The notes under the pieces were generated by a model, which saw nothing but the letters and a program-made list of their open reading frames with translations, was not told where the DNA came from and searched no databases. Below are positions 60,469-64,000 of a stretch of 64,000 bases of DNA, in pieces (positions within the stretch are counted from its first letter, which is position 1; the number at the start of each line of letters is the position of its first letter). The translations under genes and the position numbers were made by a program. This DNA is from an uncultured Fibrobacteria bacterium. GTDB lineage: Bacteria > Fibrobacterota > Fibrobacteria > UBA11236. The stretch covers positions 640,001 through 704,000 of the forward strand of contig OY970309.1 in NCBI GenBank assembly GCA_963716395.1, given 5' to 3'.

Positions 60469-61617
60469 ATGGACCACAAAATTCTTTTAAGCGTGGGTAT
60501 TACCGCTTGCCTTGGTACTCCTTCTCCGGGCCAAAACGGCCCCGTCACTTCAAACCTCAAACGCGTGCTGGTATACTCCTACGGATATTCTTCCGACCAT
60601 GCCAACACTCCCGCCTGGGACGGCTACTTCATCAAGCTCGGCGCCGATTACGGTTTCAGCGTGGATACCACGAGCAACCCTTCGGCCTTCACAACTGGCA
60701 ACCTCACCAACTATCAAGCCATCGTACTCTTCAATGCCCTCAATTTCGGAACCCAAATGACGCAGGCTCAAAAGGACGCGGTCCGGGCGTGGTACGGTGA
60801 CAACCACGGCATGGCCTGCTTTCACCAATGCGTGAAGAATCAATGGGGTGGAAATTATCCCGATTGGTACGACAGTCTAATGGGTGTGCAATACGATACT
60901 TGGGCCGGTTTCGCCACCGGTCCGGTTTATGTCGACTCCAGCGTGGTGGGAACCGATCTGGCCAGGTCCAGCGATGGAACGCCGTATCCCGCGAACTATT
61001 CGATTACGTGGAACGATGAGTGGTACACCTATCTCGCCGATCCCGGGAAAGTCCCGGGTACGAAAATGATGTGGACCACGCACCGATCCGCCTTCAATTT
61101 CTCAGGCTCGGCGGGCTTTAACCTGGCCGGGGAAGTTCAGCCTATGGCCTGGGCGCGTGAAGCACTCGGAGGGAGGTTCGTTTTGAATTCCATGTTCCAC
61201 ACCGATACGACCCGTACCTCCACGGATCTTAATTTGCGAAAATTCGTAGACGGCGCCTTCCTGGGAATTCTGCGCTATGCGGCGGGGTATTCTGGATGCA
61301 TGGATTCATCTTATTTGGAATACAATCCGAAGGCCACCGATTCCGGCGCCGGCGCCTGCGTCAATTTAAAAACCACTTCCATCCGGGTTGAGGGTGATGT
61401 CGGTAACAGCCTCGGGGAGGCCGGTACTTTTCACGTTACCTTCACCCAACCCGGCGAACACACCGTGGAAGTCCTCGACATTCGCGGTCGTAGAGTATTC
61501 TTCGCCCGGGGCGAAGGAGCGCGCAAATACCGCTTTGATGATCTCCCCTCCGGTCTTTATTTCTTGCAGGCGCGCGCCGGCAATGATTCTTTTAATCGTC
61601 GTTTCCTGCTTTTTTAG
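60469..61617 (+). CDS. Secreted ThuA-like protein with a C-terminal export tag
   Basis: FTTGNLTNYQAIVLFN, DEWY, QPMAWAR...GGRF; GCMDSSYLEYNPKAT motif; ends VLDIRGRRV...LPSGLYFL. Confidence 0.75.
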   Translation: MDHKILLSVGITACLGTPSPGQNGPVTSNLKRVLVYSYGYSSDHANTPAWDGYFIKLGADYGFSVDTTSNPSAFTTGNLTNYQAIVLFNALNFGTQMTQAQKDAVRAWYGDNHGMACFHQCVKNQWGGNYPDWYDSLMGVQYDTWAGFATGPVYVDSSVVGTDLARSSDGTPYPANYSITWNDEWYTYLADPGKVPGTKMMWTTHRSAFNFSGSAGFNLAGEVQPMAWAREALGGRFVLNSMFHTDTTRTSTDLNLRKFVDGAFLGILRYAAGYSGCMDSSYLEYNPKATDSGAGACVNLKTTSIRVEGDVGNSLGEAGTFHVTFTQPGEHTVEVLDIRGRRVFFARGEGARKYRFDDLPSGLYFLQARAGNDSFNRRFLLF

Positions 61618-61656
61618 ACGACGGATTCAAGTAGCTGGGTGACCGCGACGGGGCTT

Positions 61657-62754
61657 TCATCGCGTCACGCGCGCACCGCCGCCCCTCACCAAATGCTCGA
61701 CTTCGGACAGGCTGGCCATCGAGGTGTCGCCGGGCGTGGTCATGGCCAGCGCCCCATGCGCGGCGCCGTAGTCCACCGCCGCCTGCGCGTCGCCTTTTTC
61801 CAGCAGGCCGTAAATCAGGCCTGAAGCGAAGCTGTCGCCCCCGCCCACGCGATCGTAAATCTCGAGATCGCGGCGGAGGAGGGCTTCATAAAATGCCCCT
61901 TGGTTCCAGCACACCGCGCCCCAATCGTTTCTGCCCGCCGACTTGACCGTCCGCAAGGTCGTGGCCACGGTTTTGAGGGTAGGAAACTCCCGAGTTACCG
62001 ACGCAATCATCTTTTTGAAATTGGAACTGTCGAGGGATGATAGGTCCGCCTCGACACCGGGTACGTCGAATCCGAGGCCGGCCGTGAAATCCTCTTCGTT
62101 GCCGAGCAAGACGTCGACATGGCGCAGCAGGCGGCGGTTCACCGCTTGCGCGCGCGGGGGGCCGCCGTAGCTTTTCCACAGGCTGGGCCGGTAGTTCAGA
62201 TCGTAGGAAACGACCGTGCCGTGTTTTTTCGCGGCCAGCATGGCTGCTTCGACCACGTCGGCCGCGGTTTCGGAGAGACCGGCGAAAATGCCCCCGGTAT
62301 GAAACCAGCGCGAACCCAGGCGGCCGAAAATGTTTTCCCAATCGAAGTCGCCGCGCTTGAGCTGGGAAACTGCGGTGTGACCCCGGTCGGAAACGCCCAC
62401 GGCGCCGCGTACGCCGAAGCCGCGCTCGGTGAAGTTGAGCCCGTTGCGCACGCTGCGGCCCAGGCCGTCGTCGAGGCGCCACAAGATGAAGCGTGTATCG
62501 ACGCCGCCCTGCAAAATGAAATCTTCGACCAGGCGGCCCACTTCGTTGTCGGCGAAGGCCGTGGCCACGGCCGCACGCAGGCCGAAGCACTTGCGCAGTC
62601 CGCGCGCGACATTGTACTCGCCGCCGCCCTCCCAAGCCCGGAAAGAGCGGGCGGTGCGGATGCGCGCGTCGCCGGGATCGAGCCGCAGCATGACTTCGCC
62701 CAGCGCCACGATGTCAAAGGCGCAGGCGGCTTGGGGTTTCGGGTTCAGGTTCAT
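61657..62754 (-). CDS. kdgK: 2-keto-3-deoxygluconate kinase (PfkB family)
   Basis: LGEVMLRLDP, GGGEYNVA, SYDLNYR, DRVGGGDSFASG. Confidence 0.88.
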   Translation of the reverse strand: MNLNPKPQAACAFDIVALGEVMLRLDPGDARIRTARSFRAWEGGGEYNVARGLRKCFGLRAAVATAFADNEVGRLVEDFILQGGVDTRFILWRLDDGLGRSVRNGLNFTERGFGVRGAVGVSDRGHTAVSQLKRGDFDWENIFGRLGSRWFHTGGIFAGLSETAADVVEAAMLAAKKHGTVVSYDLNYRPSLWKSYGGPPRAQAVNRRLLRHVDVLLGNEEDFTAGLGFDVPGVEADLSSLDSSNFKKMIASVTREFPTLKTVATTLRTVKSAGRNDWGAVCWNQGAFYEALLRRDLEIYDRVGGGDSFASGLIYGLLEKGDAQAAVDYGAAHGALAMTTPGDTSMASLSEVEHLVRGGGARVTR

Positions 62755-62787
62755 CGGCGTCCGCCTTTTGTCACTGGAAAGTTTCCG

Positions 62788-63432
62788 TCACCTGGAAGTT
62801 ATCCTCGCGGTTTGGACGGTTTGGACCGCGGCCGCGGCCAGCCGGGTGATGGCGGCGAAGTCGCGCGCCACCATCAATTCCGGCGCCACCATCCAGCTTC
62901 CGCCCACGGCCAGCACCGAGGGCATCCGCAAATAGGCCGGCAATTGTGGCAGGCCGATGGAGCCGGTGGGCACGAAGCGCACGCCGCGGAACGGAGCGGC
63001 CACCGCCTTGAGATAGGCCGCACCGCCGGCCGGTTCGGCGGGAAAAAACTTCTGCACCGTAAATCCCATGTCCAGGGCCAGGGCGATTTCCGACGGCGTG
63101 CAAACGCCGGGGATGAATGGTAGTCGTTTGTCGAGCGCCCGCTGCGCCACCTTGGGGTTGAAGCCGGGTGCGAGCGCGAAGCGCGCGCCCAGGTCCAGCG
63201 CTTGATCCACCTGCTCGGGTCGCAGCACGGTGCCGGCACCGAGGAGTAATCCCGATACCTTGGCCATGGCCGCGAGAACTTTGGCCGCAGAGGCGGTGCG
63301 AAAAACGACTTCGGCCACGGGCAGTCCGCCGGCGATCAGGGCTTCGGCGATGGGCGCGGCGTCTTCGACGCGTTCCACCGTCAGCACGGGCAGCAGGGCG
63401 GAGCGTTCCAGGGCCGCAAATACGTCTTCCAA
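62788..63432 (-). CDS. eda: KDPG/KHG aldolase
   Basis: AEVVFRT, GAGTVL, PGVCTPSEI, KFFPAE, AVGGSW. Confidence 0.92.
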   Translation of the reverse strand: MEDVFAALERSALLPVLTVERVEDAAPIAEALIAGGLPVAEVVFRTASAAKVLAAMAKVSGLLLGAGTVLRPEQVDQALDLGARFALAPGFNPKVAQRALDKRLPFIPGVCTPSEIALALDMGFTVQKFFPAEPAGGAAYLKAVAAPFRGVRFVPTGSIGLPQLPAYLRMPSVLAVGGSWMVAPELMVARDFAAITRLAAAAVQTVQTARITSR

Positions 63433-63433
63433 C

Positions 63434-64000
63434 TCACAACCTCGGAACGGTCAGGCCGCCGTCTACGTGGATCACGGTTCCCGTGGCGTACGGCAAGTCG
63501 CCCCGGGCCAGGGCGGCCGCGACGCGGCCGATGTCGTCGGGCCGGCCCCAGCGCGGCTCGATCAAAAGGCCGTTTGCCATCAGCGCGTCGTATTTGGACT
63601 TCATCGCGGCCGTCATGTCGGTGGCGATGATTCCGGGGCGGATCTCGTACACCGGAATGCCGAACTCGCCCAGTCGCGCCGCGAACAGTTTGACGGCCAT
63701 GGCCAGCCCCGCCTTGCTGACGCAATAATCGCCCCGATTCACCGAGGCGACTTCGGCCGAAACCGACGTCACATTGATGATACACCCCGTCCAGGCGGGG
63801 TCGGCTTGTTTCTGGGCGACCATCCAGCGGGCCGCGCCTTGGGTCAGAAAATACGGCCCTTGCAAATTGATGCGCAGCAGGCGTTCGAAACTGTCTTCCC
63901 CGGCGTCCAAAAGGTCGGCGCGAACTTCGGGGGCCACGCCGGCATTGTTAACCAGCACGTGCAACGCGCCCAGCCCGGCACGAAGGCTTTGCAACAATGC
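63434..64000 (-). CDS. SDR family oxidoreductase (5' end outside window)
   Basis: LVNNAG, YCVSK catalytic motif, [16 protein letters not shown]. Confidence 0.88.
   Translation of the reverse strand, partial: ALLQSLRAGLGALHVLVNNAGVAPEVRADLLDAGEDSFERLLRINLQGPYFLTQGAARWMVAQKQADPAWTGCIINVTSVSAEVASVNRGDYCVSKAGLAMAVKLFAARLGEFGIPVYEIRPGIIATDMTAAMKSKYDALMANGLLIEPRWGRPDDIGRVAAALARGDLPYATGTVIHVDGGLTVPRL

Overview
GC-rich bacterial chromosomal window with a Gram-negative envelope. It is probably Fibrobacterota; this is inferred from a perfect TGCNC-N4-GTGCA LexA box before recA and several secreted proteins with Por/T9SS-like C-terminal tags. Core genes are cinA-recA, yicC, phoH, tRNA-Val and tRNA-Asp, glgB, manA, dnaA directly followed by tolQRAB-pal-cpoB, a tandem-domain pgsA, tldD/pmbA, an ABC exporter, rnpB, an EPS priming glycosyltransferase, tRNA-Met and kdgK-eda-SDR. 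Accessory or unusual content includes a PPi-type PEP carboxykinase and a bacterial LMF1 protein. There are also two heme-less secreted beta-propeller dehydrogenase-like proteins and a secreted ThuA protein with export tags, an orphan DUF692 (MNIO) enzyme and a sigma54-preceded CP-ATP-grasp/alpha-E pair. A small helical protein ending LWPFC is a histone-fold candidate, and there is an internally deleted SRPBCC pseudogene. Three MITE-like elements have TTA/TAA target duplications, two of them at TAA stop codons, and a structured non-coding segment lies between dnaA and tolQ. No CRISPR array, rRNA, integrase or transposase was seen. All family calls come from motif recognition by eye; no searches were run.
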